A stretch of 63,688 nt of DNA, the filler included, from Nemertoderma westbladi (taxonomy: Eukaryota > Animalia > Xenacoelomorpha), in NCBI GenBank assembly GCA_032718475.1. It is 4 parts of 4 records of this genome, joined end to end, with 100 filler letters (N's around TTAATTAATTAA, not from the genome) between each part and the next. Parts side by side here need not be neighbours in the genome. Positions count along the whole stretch, not along the records: positions 43,692 to 58,630 come from JAUCBJ010006340.1; positions 58,731 to 63,688 come from JAUCBJ010004022.1; 2 more parts are not named here. One strand, given 5' to 3'. Position numbers and translations under genes: made by a program. This document shows, in pieces, positions 50,627 to 63,688 of the stretch. A model generated the notes under the pieces. That model worked only from the letters and a program-made list of their open reading frames with translations. It was not told the DNA's origin and ran no database searches. How positions within the stretch are numbered: the first letter of the stretch is position 1; every line of letters starts with the position of its first letter.

Positions 50627-51721
50627 CACTCTGGTTTAAAAAATTTATAATGTGTTGGTACACGGATCTGGAGTGGACGGCCATATAGTATCTGAGCAGG
50701 AGAGAGACTAGTGGATAGGGGGGTGTTGCACCATTCTAGAATGGCCTCTGAGAACAGAGTGTGGTTGAGATGGCCGCTGTTTGTCTGGCATTTCTTGATA
50801 AGTGCTTTCATGGTGCCAACAGCGACTTCGGCATGCCCGTTGGATTCTGGGTGTTCTGGAGATGAAACTCTGTGAGTCACAGACCAGTCATTGAGGAACG
50901 ATGAAAACTCGTCAGAATTGAATTAGGGGCTGCCTTCTGTTGAAAGTTCCACAGGGACACCTGCATCATGGAACTGTTGAATAAATGAATTAACGAGATG
51001 ATGAGTTGATGGGCATGATGGATATGACTCCACGATGGGCCAACCCGAATAGCGGTCAACATAGACCATATAATGTTGGTTTGGGTAGGAGAACAGATTG
51101 GAAGAACACTGTTCGAATGGGCGAGTTGGTCGTGGTGTTGGAATAATTTCCTCATGAGGCTGGCTACATTGGTGATGCTGACATAAGTCACAGCTGTTCA
51201 CCATATTAGTAATATCGGAGTTTATTCCAGGCCCGTAAAATATCTGGCGGGCTCGTCTTTTAGTGCGGTCTATACCTTGGTGAGAGGTATGTAACCTATG
51301 TAACATTGTGTTACGGATTGCGGTTGGAACGACTATACAATACATGAGCCATAGAGGATGAGTTCGTCGTCCACTGATAAGTCACTGAGGATTGACTTAA
51401 ATAGGAGGATTGATGGTTCGAGTTTGTGTAAAGTCGACACTGTGTAAAATAGTATCGCGTAAGAGTATATTGCCAGTGTATATTGATTTCGTATAGGGAT
51501 CAATGGTTTATGGTCTACTTCCACGTGGAAGTGGGGGAGACCCTGTAGATATAGTTTAGATTTGGATGTGGCCCAAACTACCGCAAGTAGTTCTAACTCA
51601 ACCATGGCGTAACGCGACTCGGCATCCGACAGAAAGAGTGATCCGCATTGTATGAGTTGCCACGAGGGGGTTGCGTTGGGTTCATTATGGTTCTGGAGTA
51701 GGGTGTACCCCAAACCTTTAA

Positions 51722-51783
51722 CCCTATTAGTACCGGCTATAAAATGTTGTACAAATACCGGGGGGGGGGGGGGGATCATATTG

Positions 51784-51817
<34 letters not shown>

Positions 51818-52877
51818 TAAATCTACAAATATTTACGAAAACGTCTGATTTTTTGTTTGTACGTAGGTATCACTTGTCTGGATCCGACCGAAAAAAAATT
51901 TTTTCGAAAAAATGTACTGGGGTGGTTATATTGCAGCACCAAAATTACAAGTAGTGCACAATTTTCACCAAATTTGAAAGTTACATTTTCGGCTAATTAT
52001 TTTTCAATACAGGTTTTCTGGGGTGCAAAATACATTGGAAAATATTAAAAAATGATATGATTACTATAAATGGCTGTTTAGTCCTCTCTGCGTAGGAAAA
52101 AAATGAAAAAAACAAGTAACCAGCACTTTTCAGTTAGAACACAAAATTTGTAATTCACTTATACGATGCTAGAAATTCACATTTTCAGGTTTTCGAGGGC
52201 GCTGATTCTAATGGAAATCAATTCTAATATGCCAGATCATTATATTTTCCATTGAATTCAGAACAGCCATAAACCTCTAAAACGCAAGAAATAAATTGTC
52301 ACAAGCAATTTCATCTATTGAATGGATTTTCAAAATTTCGTGCTAGCACCAAAATTTGCACACAGCACCGAAAAATACAAGTTTGATACGCTTGGTGCAA
52401 CTCGTATATATTTCATCGAACCTAGAAACCCAAAAAACCCCAATTGCGTAAAAAACAAGTTTCAAACGATCAATTTACAAAAGTGACTTATTTCAAAATT
52501 TGGTGCTGGCACCAAAATTTGGCACCCACCGAAAAAAACAAGTTTGAAATTTCTAAATCAATTTATATGAATTCCATCAAATTTCTAACACCAAAAAACC
52601 GGTGTACATCAAAAATAGAGATGTTAAAATTCATATTTAATGAAATGTAATTTTCAAAAAACGTCTCAAAAAAAAGTGCCAAAAGTAGGGTTAAAAAATG
52701 GTGCTATAACTCGAAAAGTGCCCAATATTTTTGAAAACGGTTTTCACTACTTTGAAGACAATAGTTTTTTAGGAAAAGTCATAAAATTTCAGATTCCCAA
52801 CTGCGTTTGTTTCAGAATTATAATAAAAAAACCACGGGGGAGGGGGTCATATTGACCCCCCCCCGGGTTTAATAGGG
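51722..52877 (-). mobile_element. Non-autonomous piggyBac-type element (copy 2) inserted in the Gypsy RNase H
   Basis: TTAA TSD at 51718-51721 and 52878-52881. Termini CCCTATTA..TAATAGGG. Removing it restores QTDAAHL|KGLG. Confidence 0.92.
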
Positions 52878-55800
52878 TTAAGGTGTGCAGCGTCCGTTTG
52901 CAGCATAGTCGGTAATGCTGGGTTAAATGTTTGTAGAACGGGCGGGGATACAAGCGCAGCCTTTATGGCATTAAATGCATCGGTATGCGGGTCCAACCAC
53001 ATACAAGGAATTGCGAACTTGTAGCAATGGACGTAATGATGTGTCCCCTGCTGAAATTTCTGTGGAGAAATTGGCGAATTGGTTTACTAAACCAAAAAAG
53101 GATTGCAGTTTGCTAATATTTGTTGGAGTCGGAAATCCGAAAGAGCTGGCACCCACTTTGGTTCCGCCCGGATGCTGTCTCGACTGATAACATAGCCGGC
53201 AAACTCGACACTCGGTTGAGCGAACACTAATTTCTTTGGGTTTAATGTTATCCCATTGTTACGACATCTCGTAAACAGTTCCGTAACAATGGAAACGTTT
53301 TCTTCGAATGTCGTTGAGAATATAATAATGTCGTCAACAATTTTCTAAAAAGTTAGAAAGTCCTTCAAAGGCGGCATCGCCACGGCGGCAATATTCATCT
53401 CCGGAGGAGGATAAACCCATCGGTGTACAAATATATTTATAGCAGCCGTAAGGAGTAAGGAAGGTTATTAGATTTTGGCTCTCCGGCTCCAGTTATATTT
53501 GCCAGTAGCCGTGAGTGGCATCGAACTTGAAGGAATAGTTCATTCCGTATGGTATCGAGGTGATAACATCACGTGGACAAGGGAACAGGTGGACAGTATG
53601 GCAAATAAATTTATTTAGTTTCATATGGTCCATACAAATTCAAAGTCCGCCGGACTTCTCTGAAGTCACGATGAGTAGGCTGACAAACTCGGTCGGTTCA
53701 GCCACACGATTAATAATTCCTTTATTTTCCATTTGGTCTAAGTTTGCCTTAACTTCATCCCGGTAGGAGAACGGTATAAGTGCGGGCTGCATGGACAGCA
53801 TGTAGGACGTAGTTATCCTGTAGATAGATGCGCATAGGAAGTCCCGCCATAACAGGGAGGGTGACGTTGGGAAAACTTCCGCGGAAGATATTGGAAAACT
53901 CATCGAGGAGTTTCGTTGAGCGGAGTTTAATAACCTCAACGCTCAGTTCAGTATTGGTGGAGGTTATGGACAGAGTTTGTCGGCGACGTTGGGTTACATA
54001 GCCAGGAACCGGGAATTCCGGCGATAATAAACCGTGGAGTTTACAGAGCTCAAAGGATAAAAGGAATCCAGAGAAGTCCGGTGTCAAGTACGCCGTTGTA
54101 TTAACTGTTCTGTCATAATAGTTTATATCCATATTAATGAAGCCCAAACACTATAAGGGTGTGTTATTAGCAGCTTTCAGAGCGATAGTATCTTTGGGGT
54201 TAACGAAATGTAAGAATTTGTTATTTTTAATAATCTCTGAACAGATAATGGTGTCGTCAGCACCCGTCCGTGTCAGCAATTGTATAAGGCGAGAAATGAA
54301 TACTGTGGCAAACAACGAAAACGTTGAACAGGGGTTTACAACAGGTACCGATATTAATAAAGGGGGGGGGGGGGGGATTTACAGCGTTTGTGTGGGATGT
54401 TATGTCAGAGTTTGATTTCTTTTCCAAAGTCTCCGACTTAGGTTTCATACAAACAGGGCGAATGTGCCCTTTGATCCCGCAGTTATGACAAATGTTGTCA
54501 CGGTAGGGGCACTCGCTTCGGGGGTGGGCAGTCAAGCATTTGCTACTACCTCTGCTTCTGCTAGCATCCGCTATTACCGGTACTTTTTTGGATGCGTTCG
54601 CTGGGGCAACGAGAACGTGAGGTCGACTTACCAGAGGTTTACTGATTCCGATAGCGTGGCTTTGATCCTAAATAACGCGGTCTATTTGGTTGTCTACCGG
54701 TAGGCCTGCCCAAGGTGAGTTTATTGTTTTAGAGGAGATGGCCGCAGTCGCGTCCCGGCGGGATTGCTTGCGGGATCGGCATGTCCTAAGGACGTCATCC
54801 AAAGAAGGATCGTCAAATTTCTCGAAAATTTTCTCGTGGAGTTCATCATCGTTTACGCCCGAGATAATTTTTGTTAACAGTTGTAATTGGTAACAGTTAT
54901 TGGTCGCAGCAGTGCTCACAGGGTTTGGAGTTGTCCTGGAGTTCTGATAGGTGAACGTGAAAATCGTCGAATGATTCTCCAGCCAACTGTTTAGCTAGGT
55001 AGAAGTCAACGTGTTGGCAAACAACATTGGTTTTCTTTTGGTAGTGTTTCTCGAGGATTTCGAGGATCTCATCGACTTCCATCTCGTTGCTAATTCGCAT
55101 GATGACACGCATAGCATGTTGAGTTTTGCGGGATATACAAACGTACAGGTGGACAACCTGGGAATTGCGATCGAGTAGGCACATTTCGTTGACATTAAAA
55201 AATCGCATGAACTGCTCCAACCAGCTTTTAAATGCGCAAGGTTGTCATCGTTTGATAGCGATTCCGGTTTGTAGGAGGTGTCGATGCATTGTCGGTTGCG
55301 ATAAATGCGGTCCCGGGTCTCCCCAAATCTGGAGGTTGTATGTGGGGGTGGGGAGTCCGCATCCAAGGGGAAAGCCATGGGAGCAGGGAGTACCTGTTGT
55401 AATATATGTGCGATAGCGGCTTGCTGCTGGGCAGCGTGCTGCTGTAACAGAGCAAATAGCCACTAAGGTGGGGCTGACAGTTTCTGGTCGCCCTGGTCGT
55501 CAAGTTTGCCTTCGGTATTGGCACCGGAAGACGTGACGAACACGCAGTAAATTATACCGCATTGCGTCGGTTGACGTTTTAGAATCAATAGGAATATCGT
55601 TGTCGTTAAGAACTTCCCGCGAAGCTTCAGTGACCTCGTGGAGTGTTGGTGGTGCTGTGGCAGACATTATCGTTATATGCTGGAGGGACAACCCGATAAT
55701 CGTTGCGTTCAGGAGTACCCTACACACTGCGCCATGTTATGTTCTGATAAGAATATAACGATGTGATATAACATATGTATAATATGTAATGCGTATCATA

Positions 55801-58630
55801 TATAAAACACACCCAACACCAAATAATACGTAGGCCTATATACTGTGGGCCTAGTACTCATAGGCTCCAGGCAAGCCGTATAGCTTGCATATAAAAAGTA
55901 TCTAACTCACGCTAAGCGTCGCGCCACCTGACGGCCGAACACTGCGCAATATACAATATATAATCGAAATCTGTCAGTTAGAGTGGGTGCTAATAACTGT
56001 TTTAGTTATTATTTTTTATACAGTTTTATTTTGTTGGGGATTATTGTTAGGCCTAAATGATATAATATAATAATTATAATATAAGAACTTATTATTGATG
56101 ATTTTAAAGCTTTCATAAGGAATATTAATGTAGTGGGTTGAGGCAGGAGCAGAATACAGTCTAGTAAAACAGTCTAACTCTAAAGTAAATTATATAAAAC
56201 AGTCTAAAATTAATAAAGCAGTAATGGACTAAGTGACGAAAGAGGTGAGACACTGTATACTCTGATTGGAATAAATTTCATGAAATTTTAAAAATTTTAA
56301 ATTTCATAAATTTCATTGAAATATTTAACGTGAAATAATTCAAGTCTATGAATTTTTTTAAACTTTAACTTTTTAGTTACCAGTTTTAACTTGAACTTTG
56401 AATTTGTACTTTGAATTTTCAACAGGGCGTGACGCGACGTTAAATAAACCTTTTACCTACAAACACTACAGGTTACATTTGCACAGTGTGCTGCTATTAC
56501 CTTCATGTTACATGACTTTTCTGTTTATTCTGTTAGGGGCCATACATACTAACTTAACTTAATTTGTTATCTTTACTTTCACATCTGACTGATCAGGTTG
56601 CCAAAGGCATGCGAAACATATAGCATGTTGATTACAGTAAGTATCTTATAAATTCTGAAGAGTTCTAATCCTGCAAAAATTATTATATAACATTGATCTA
56701 AATTATTTTAAAAAACCTGTAACTATTGACATCGGAACTCATCACACAGTAGTCGCCATCATCGCATACACACTCTCTATCCGTGACGTCATTGTAGTGT
56801 GTGAATCGCAGAATGTGACCTATTTCGTGAGCGACAACCCGAGCTGTTTCGTGCATCCCACCGGCGTAGTTAACCACGGCGACACCGTAGTCTACGGCGC
56901 AAATACCCGCGGTGGCAGATCCTTGGGCCGTTGAGTGGAGATTCCTGTGTCATAGTAAATCGTATTGAATGTCTATACAGCACTGTATGTCTACAGTACA
57001 TTACAGGGGCAAGAGAACATTTAATACATGCTCAAAGAGAGGGATTCGGAAACTGGATACAAATCCCATCACGGCACAAATTAATATTTCGTCTCAATGT
57101 TAAACTATCAATCTTTGGAAAGGAACAGGTTAACGTGGCACGTTATTCAAACGAAAACATGAAACGAAAGTCAATACATCAGGTTACATTTATATTTTTT
57201 ATTAGTTTTGTTTTTAAACTTAATCAACTGTTATTTGAATCGATTTGTTTTTTGATTGAGACCAGAGCCCACCCCTATATGTCCTATAAGGGTGGACAGG
57301 GACACTACTCCTATCACTGATAAAAAACAACACCAAAGAACAACAATACATTAGAGTATTAATAACAAGAACATAAATAATATAGTATTAATAAAAACAA
57401 CACAAATAGAGTATTAATAACAACAACACAAATAGAGTATGTATTAATAAAAACAACACATACGTCAGCATTATTCCCACGTCGATGTCTAATAACCCCT
57501 GGCGCTTGCTCCCCTGAACATAGTTTAGAAAATTTATCTTTGACACGGATATTTTCGAGCTCTCAACAACTTCGTTTTCAGCTAAAACTTGTTTGTGAAC
57601 GAGTTTGAAGTGAATGTTTAATGGAGCGTATATAAGGTTGAGGGAGTGATTGATATCGTCCATACGGGGGAATACTTTGGATTCTGAGCGACCCACATAC
57701 GTAGACAGTGTAGCGCCATCCCCAAACTGAAAGTAATAACAATAATGGTGAGTTTGAAAGGATCTACATCGTTAACAATTATTGAAACGTTTGCCGAATA
57801 AAACTTTATCTAAGAAACCCTCCGAGATTGTCTGAAATAGTTTCTACTTCGTTTTATAGCGGTAAGATTATCCAAATAACGGTTTTGATATTTGTAGGCC
57901 AGTAGACTGTAAGACACGATGAAATACGTTATATTATTGAGGTATTATAATGGACCAAATTATCATTGATCATATTTCTAGAGGCCACTTTTCCTTTTTA
58001 GGAAAAATAAATTTTTTATATAATGAAATGCTGGCTTATAATAAAATTACAATATATAAAAGCTTTAAATAAAATACAAAATTTTGTGGCTGTCCCCACA
58101 ACATAATAATTGTCCAGTTTATAATTATTATAATTTTTTAAATCATTATTTTAAGTCTTCAAAAGAATGATGTTCCAGATAGGCGCAGTTGGGGTTATAA
58201 AGAACTAATTTGGCCTGTATTGTATCGACACTGCAGCAGCCTAATGCTGCATGATGCTGCATCATCTGTGTTTAATTTAAATATGAATTTTGATTCGTCA
58301 CGTAATTTGTTTAGTTCTGTAAATATATTATGTAGGCCTATATTATAAGACTAACACAGAAGTTGTCGCAGAATAAACCAAGCTTTATAACCCGTCGGGG
58401 TTGGTTGACAAGCACACCAGTTGTGTTTTCGGCACCCAAAATACCTAAAACGGCACCTAAAACTGTAAAGTAATAAGAAATATTGCCTCGTTGAATGCAA
58501 TCAGTAATCACTGTACGGAAGTCAGCGGGCCGGTGTAACAGGCTGAGATAACTCCCCACCAAATATGACTCCCAGTCGTCTCAGCCTAGGCTGAGGACAC
58601 TCCCCAGTCGTCTCACCCTAGGCTGAGAAC

Positions 58631-58730
58631 NNNNNNNNNNNNNNNNNNNNNNNNNNNNNNNNNNNNNNNNNNNNTTAATTAATTAANNNNNNNNNNNNNN
58701 NNNNNNNNNNNNNNNNNNNNNNNNNNNNNN
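58631..58730. other. Artificial contig linker
   Basis: N44-TTAATTAATTAA-N44. Confidence 0.97.
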
Positions 58731-59299
58731 TAAATTCAGGTATACTCCGGGGGTGGAGAATCTGTTGGGGGTGTAGAGGGTCTTGCCACGAGGTGTAAAA
58801 ATATTTAAATGTTACCGTATGCGCATTTCACCCGTTGCGGGCGTCCTCAGCGGTTCATTGTTATAATATAAACATTAAAAATAGATCAATTTAAATAAAA
58901 TGGTAGGACTACCGACATAACCTAAGAACATGTACACGTGAAATGGTGGTGCAGCATAACTGGAGAAACAGATTAAAGATAGATTAAGTTATTATGATTA
59001 TATGTAATTATTATGTACCGGTACCACAGTGGTAAATCAGGAGGTCTGCAGGTTATTGGTTGGGGTAGCAGTCTGCATGTGGGCGGGCTGCCTGTGGCTG
59101 TTTGGTTACTACCGGTATCAAGGATGCGGGCTGACGAGCTGCTGCAGACAAGGGGGGTTAGGGCCTAACGCAAACATACAGTAGGTCAATAGAACTAAAG
59201 GGTAGAGGATCATACGCACATGAATGGGGGGGGGGGGGGGGGGAGGGTGTGCGGGTAAAGGATAGTAGTTATAAACATATCACTCAAAATTCAACCTAC

Positions 59300-60045
59300 T
59301 ATAGTTCAAATACTAAACGTGCTGTAGTTCAAATACTAAAAATACTGTAATTCAAATACTAAAAATACTGTAGTTCAAATACTAAAAATACTGTAGTTCA
59401 AATACTAAATATACAGTCAGATACTCATGTTGGTGAGTGCAATCGAAAAAATTAAGATACTAGGAAAGAGTTGATACTTATTGGGATATTGTTTGAGAGT
59501 GGGGTGCATCAAAATAAATATAGGTATAGGATGGCGATAAGCGCGCTAAGGTTACTAGCTGAAAATGGGCATAACATACAGTATGTGTGTGGTGGTCCAA
59601 AGAAGGACAATATAAATAAACTAACAAATATGAGGTATGAATTAGGTTGTCAGATAAAGTTAGCACCATAGGTTGAATTTGAATAAGTTTGAAAGCCGGC
59701 TAAAATACTTACGTTTATAAAATTATAATTGGTGAGTACAACTATACCAATAATTAAGAGAATATTAAGCACCAAAAAGGTTAAAAAATCTAACGGGGGT
59801 TTATTATACTAAAATGAACATTGTAATGGAGTTTATAAAATTATTATTGGTGAGTAAAATTATTGAAATAATTAAGAGAAATATTAAGCACCAAAAAGGT
59901 TCAAAAAATCTAACGGGGGTTTATTATAGTTTATAAAATTATAATTGGTGAGTACAACTATACCAATAATTAAGAGAATATTAAGCACCAAAAAGGTTAA
60001 AAAATCTAACGGGGGTTTATTATACTAAAATGAACATTGTAATGA
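59300..60045. repeat. AT-rich tandem repeats: ~23-bp unit at 59300-59410 and ~95-120-bp unit x3 at 59714-60045
   Basis: TAGTTCAAATACTAAAAATACTG occurs ~4-5 times. TTGGTGAGTA..AAGCACCAAAAAGGTT..CTAACGGGGGTTTATTATA occurs 3 times. Confidence 0.85.
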
Positions 60046-60861
60046 ACTGAATTATCATAAGGCGGATAATTAAAATGGGCGTGCTGCTGGCGGATATAGA
60101 CTTGGTGTTGGCGGGATTGTTAAAATATTTCGGTTGCCGGGGAGATACAGTATAGAGTAGAGAGGTTTGGTAAAATTCACAGCAGAAAGGGATCAATTGC
60201 TGTAAAAATAATTCCTGATACACAGCTACTGTAAGTGCGAACAATGTGTCAGTGGGTTCGAGGAAATTAAATTAATTAGAAAAAAATAAATTTGAATATC
60301 AGAAAACGATAGCTCCTAAAGGGATAGGGGGGGGGGGGTGGCTGTGCTGGCTTAAATCGAAAAATGTGCTAAGCGTGACGCCAAAAAAGGGGAAAAGTAA
60401 TATATTTAATAAACAAAAAAAGGGGGGGAAAAAGTCTATACAGTACAGGAAGAGTTAGGGTTACATTGCTGGTGTGATTTTGTTGAGGGGAGGACGGTGG
60501 ATACCTTTAAAAAGGTATAACTAAGAGAGCACTATATTTTTAAAAGTAAAAAATGTACCCGGGGATATCACACTAAGTTATTTATTATTTGGATCCACTT
60601 TCACAAGTCCCTAAAAGGTGCCACCCTGCTCCCTAGCCCAGGAAATTCAAATGATAGAAAGACGCAGTAAATTGATATATTTTTGATTAAATTAATTAAT
60701 TAAGACAATATGCATGACCACCTTAACAGTGTTCGCTTCTTACTGTCTTGGATTTACTAGACAAAGGTTATTGATACATAATAGATACCGGTATGCTGAG
60801 ATAAATTTATAATATTACGACTTCAATATAATGAGGAAATGATAGCAACTATCGGACAACT

Positions 60862-61590
60862 ATCAGTCAGTCAGTCAGTCAGTCAGTCAGTCAGTCAGTC
60901 AGTCAGTCAGTCAGTCAGTCAGTCAGTCAGTCAATCAGTCAGTCAGTCAGTCAGTCAGTCAGTCAGTCAGTCAGTCAGTCAGTCAGTCAGTCAGTCAGTC
61001 AGTCAGTCAGTCAGTCAGTCAGTCAGTCAGTCAGTCAGTCAGTCAGTCAGTCAGTCAGTCAGTCAGTCAGTCAGTCAGTCAGTCAGTCAGTCAGTCAGTC
61101 AGTCAGTCAGTCAGTCAGTCAGTCAGTCAGTCAGTCAGTCAGTCAGTCAGTCAGTCAGTCAGTCAGTCAGTCAGTCAGTCAGTCAGTCAGTCAGTCAGTC
61201 AGTCAGTCAGTCAGTCAGTCAGTCAGTCAGTCAGTCAGTCAGTCAGTCAGTCAGTCAGTCAGTCAGTCAGTCAGTCAGTCAGTCAGTCAGTCAGTCAGTC
61301 AGTCAGTCAGTCAGTCAGTCAGTCAGTCAGTCAGTCAGTCAGTCAGTCAGTCAGTCAGTCAGTCAGTCAGTCAGTCAGTCAGTCAGTCAGTCAGTCAGTC
61401 AGTCAGTCAGTCAGTCAGTCAGTCAGTCAGTCAGTCAGTCAGTCAGTCAGTCAGTCAGTCAGTCAGTCAGTCAGTCAGTCAGTCAGTCAGTCAGTCAGTC
61501 AGTCAGTCAGTCAGTCAGTCAGTCAGTCAGTCAGTCAGTCAGTCAGTCAGTCAGTCAGTCAGTCAGTCAGTCAGTCAGTCAGTCAGTCAG
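60862..61590. repeat. (TCAG)n microsatellite, ~180 units
   Basis: Nearly pure, with one TCAA variant. It is the source of the SVSQ ORF. Confidence 0.98.
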
Positions 61591-62387
61591 TGAACAGCTA
61601 TACACTAGCTGTTCACAGCTAGTGTATAGCTGTTCACTGACTGACTGACTGACTGACTGACTGACTGACTGGTAAACAGCTGTGAACAGCTAGTGTAAAC
61701 AGCTGGGAACAGTTGATCTAGAAGTCAACTGCTCACAGATGTGAACATCTAAAGATCACAGCTATACAGTGAACTTTTCACGAGAAAATCTAAATTTAGA
61801 TTTCTAATAGCCATCAACGGTGAGTTAACTAATTGTGTTTCAAATTTCAATTAATATGATGAAGATTTGTAGAAAAATATGGAGGGTAGGGGTGTCCGGT
61901 CCGTGTCATAAGGACATAACTAGCAAAGTGAAATGTAAATTAATCCCGTTAACATAATTACGCCCTTATTTTATTAGAGCGAATCTACGACTTTTAATAT
62001 TATGTAACCAATGGATAACAAATTCTAGAATTTAATCTTAATATTTAGTTTTTTATTTTATATTATTAGTTTTGGTCACAATAAGCAAACAGTTTTGATT
62101 TGTAAAATAACTAGATACCATTAATTAGGAAACGTAAAGAATCATGCGTGGAATGGCGGAGATTGATAGTGACGACGGCGTGTTGGGTGAAGATGGTTTG
62201 TCGATTTCGAACTTGGAGGCCGCTGATGGAAAGAAGGATCGGGAAAGTAGGTCTACCAGTCGGAGAGACATGGAGAAAAGGAGACGGAGGAAGCGAATGG
62301 GAAGTAAGAAAGGAAAGGGAAAGAAGAAGGGAAAGATGAGCAGATCAAGGAGTCGCCGAGGTAAAGGGAGTGTCTGTCTATATTACA

Positions 62388-62612
<225 letters not shown>

Positions 62613-63481
62613 AACTGGCTCCAGAAGTCGAGGAAATCCTGCCAAGTACCCAACTGATCTAAACTTTGCTGATGACTTAGGAGTACTCTCAGAATCACTA
62701 GAGGGAGCCCAACGGCTCCAGCTCATTAGAACAGGCTGTTGCTAGTGTTGGTCTTTTTATTAACTCCAAAAAGACCAAAATTTTGACAGTTAACCTTGAA
62801 AGTCATCAGCAAGTTTCTGAACGGATGAGCATAAGCTGAAAGGATGGTATGCTTGAGCATGTGGACGACTTCTGTTACCTGGGATCATTGATCCTGGAAT
62901 CCATTGATCCAGGTGAGGACCTTCAAATACGTAAGGGAAAGACATGGGTAGCCTTAAATAGGCTTTTCAGGATTTAGAAGTCACAGAGAATTAATCGGAA
63001 ACTTAAGGTCCGATTATTTAGAGTAGCAGTAGTTCGAGTACTCCTCTATGGGAGTCCATGCTGGGCTCTAACTACTGATGACACCAAATCTGTGGATGGC
63101 ACATTCACAAGAATGCTACGCCGGGTTCATTGTGTCAAGTACAATGCACACATCTCCAACCAGACACTATATAACATTGGAGGTGTCTCATTGGTACCAC
63201 CAAGCTTAACATTAGAACAAAGTCTCCTCCGCTTTGTGGGACATTGCTTTCGCCGTGAGGATCAGCCAGTGCATGATCTTGTGCATTGGCAGCCTCATGG
63301 AGTGAATAAGCATGGTGGACAGCCCATGACTTTCTTGAGACGTATCTTAAAGGACACTGGCCTTGAAGATGCGGATGATCTAGCAAATGTCATGGGTGAT
63401 AGGGAGTTGTGGCGGTGCAATTTTGTTGACAAGCCGGCACAGCATTCTTAAACATGCAGCTGCAATGCAGCATGTCGATCC

Positions 63482-63510
<29 letters not shown>
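62613..63510 (+). mobile_element. 5'-truncated RTE-like LINE with a (TAG)n tail
   Basis: TDLNFADD, DDFCYLGS, VLLYG..W, DGTFTRMLRR, LRFVGHCFR. (TAG)9 tail at ~63482-63508. Contains stops and frameshifts. Confidence 0.88.
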
Positions 63511-63513
<3 letters not shown>

Positions 63514-63550
63514 AACATCAATTTTTTTTACAGTGAGGTTATTATTTCCG

Positions 63551-63688
63551 TATATTAACTCTAGAACATTGCAATATTGTATGTATATTAACTCGAGAAC
63601 ATTACAATATTGTATGTATATTAACTCGAGAACATTACAATATTGTATGTATATTAACTCGAGAACATTACAATATTGTATGTATATT
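63551..63688. repeat. 33-bp tandem repeat running off the window end
   Basis: ATTAACTCGAGAACATTACAATATTGTATGTAT occurs ~4 times. Confidence 0.92.

Larger units (their letters stand above)
47368..55976 (-). mobile_element. Decayed full-length Gypsy LTR retrotransposon, Mag-like clade, with three internal insertions or expansions
   Basis: LTRs 55735-55976 and 47368-47628. TSD GTTAG. PBS TGGCGCAGT (tRNA-Ser-like). Purine tract at 47630-47655 on minus. Double knuckle HPRSECP..CHNCGIKGHIRPVC. KFDATHGYWQ, VDDI, QTDA, SNGHAE motifs. Confidence 0.93.

Overview
AT-rich, repeat-dense eukaryotic (very likely invertebrate metazoan) DNA. It is four segments joined by three identical artificial 100-bp linkers (N44-TTAATTAATTAA-N44), so adjacency across the linkers is unproven. 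I found no intact host gene, RNA gene or CRISPR array; the window is a graveyard of nested transposable elements. LTR elements: a complete CsRn1-clade Gypsy (12493-17798) inside a CR1-group LINE inside a decayed PHD/OTU-vertnin-like/MULE transposon; a Gypsy lacking its 5' LTR and integrase core; and a Mag-clade Gypsy (47368-55976) carrying a piggyBac-type MITE and an integrase-derived minisatellite. Non-LTR elements: a near-intact APE-RT ORF (31760-34502) plus CRE- and RTE-like fragments. Also present are MITEs, a spliced DUF4806-like accessory gene beside an EnSpm/CMC-like terminus, and many satellites, which explain most long low-complexity ORFs. The most unusual signals are: (i) a mobile element whose central hairpin occurs in flip and flop orientations in two copies, with an empty site also in the window; (ii) an in-frame hydrophobic, transmembrane-like insert between protease and RT of the young Gypsy; (iii) a minisatellite born from integrase coding sequence; (iv) directly visible TA-to-TACWGTA excision footprints; (v) a 116-bp palindrome built on a microsatellite. 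None is proven novel without database searches. Family names come from motif recognition only.
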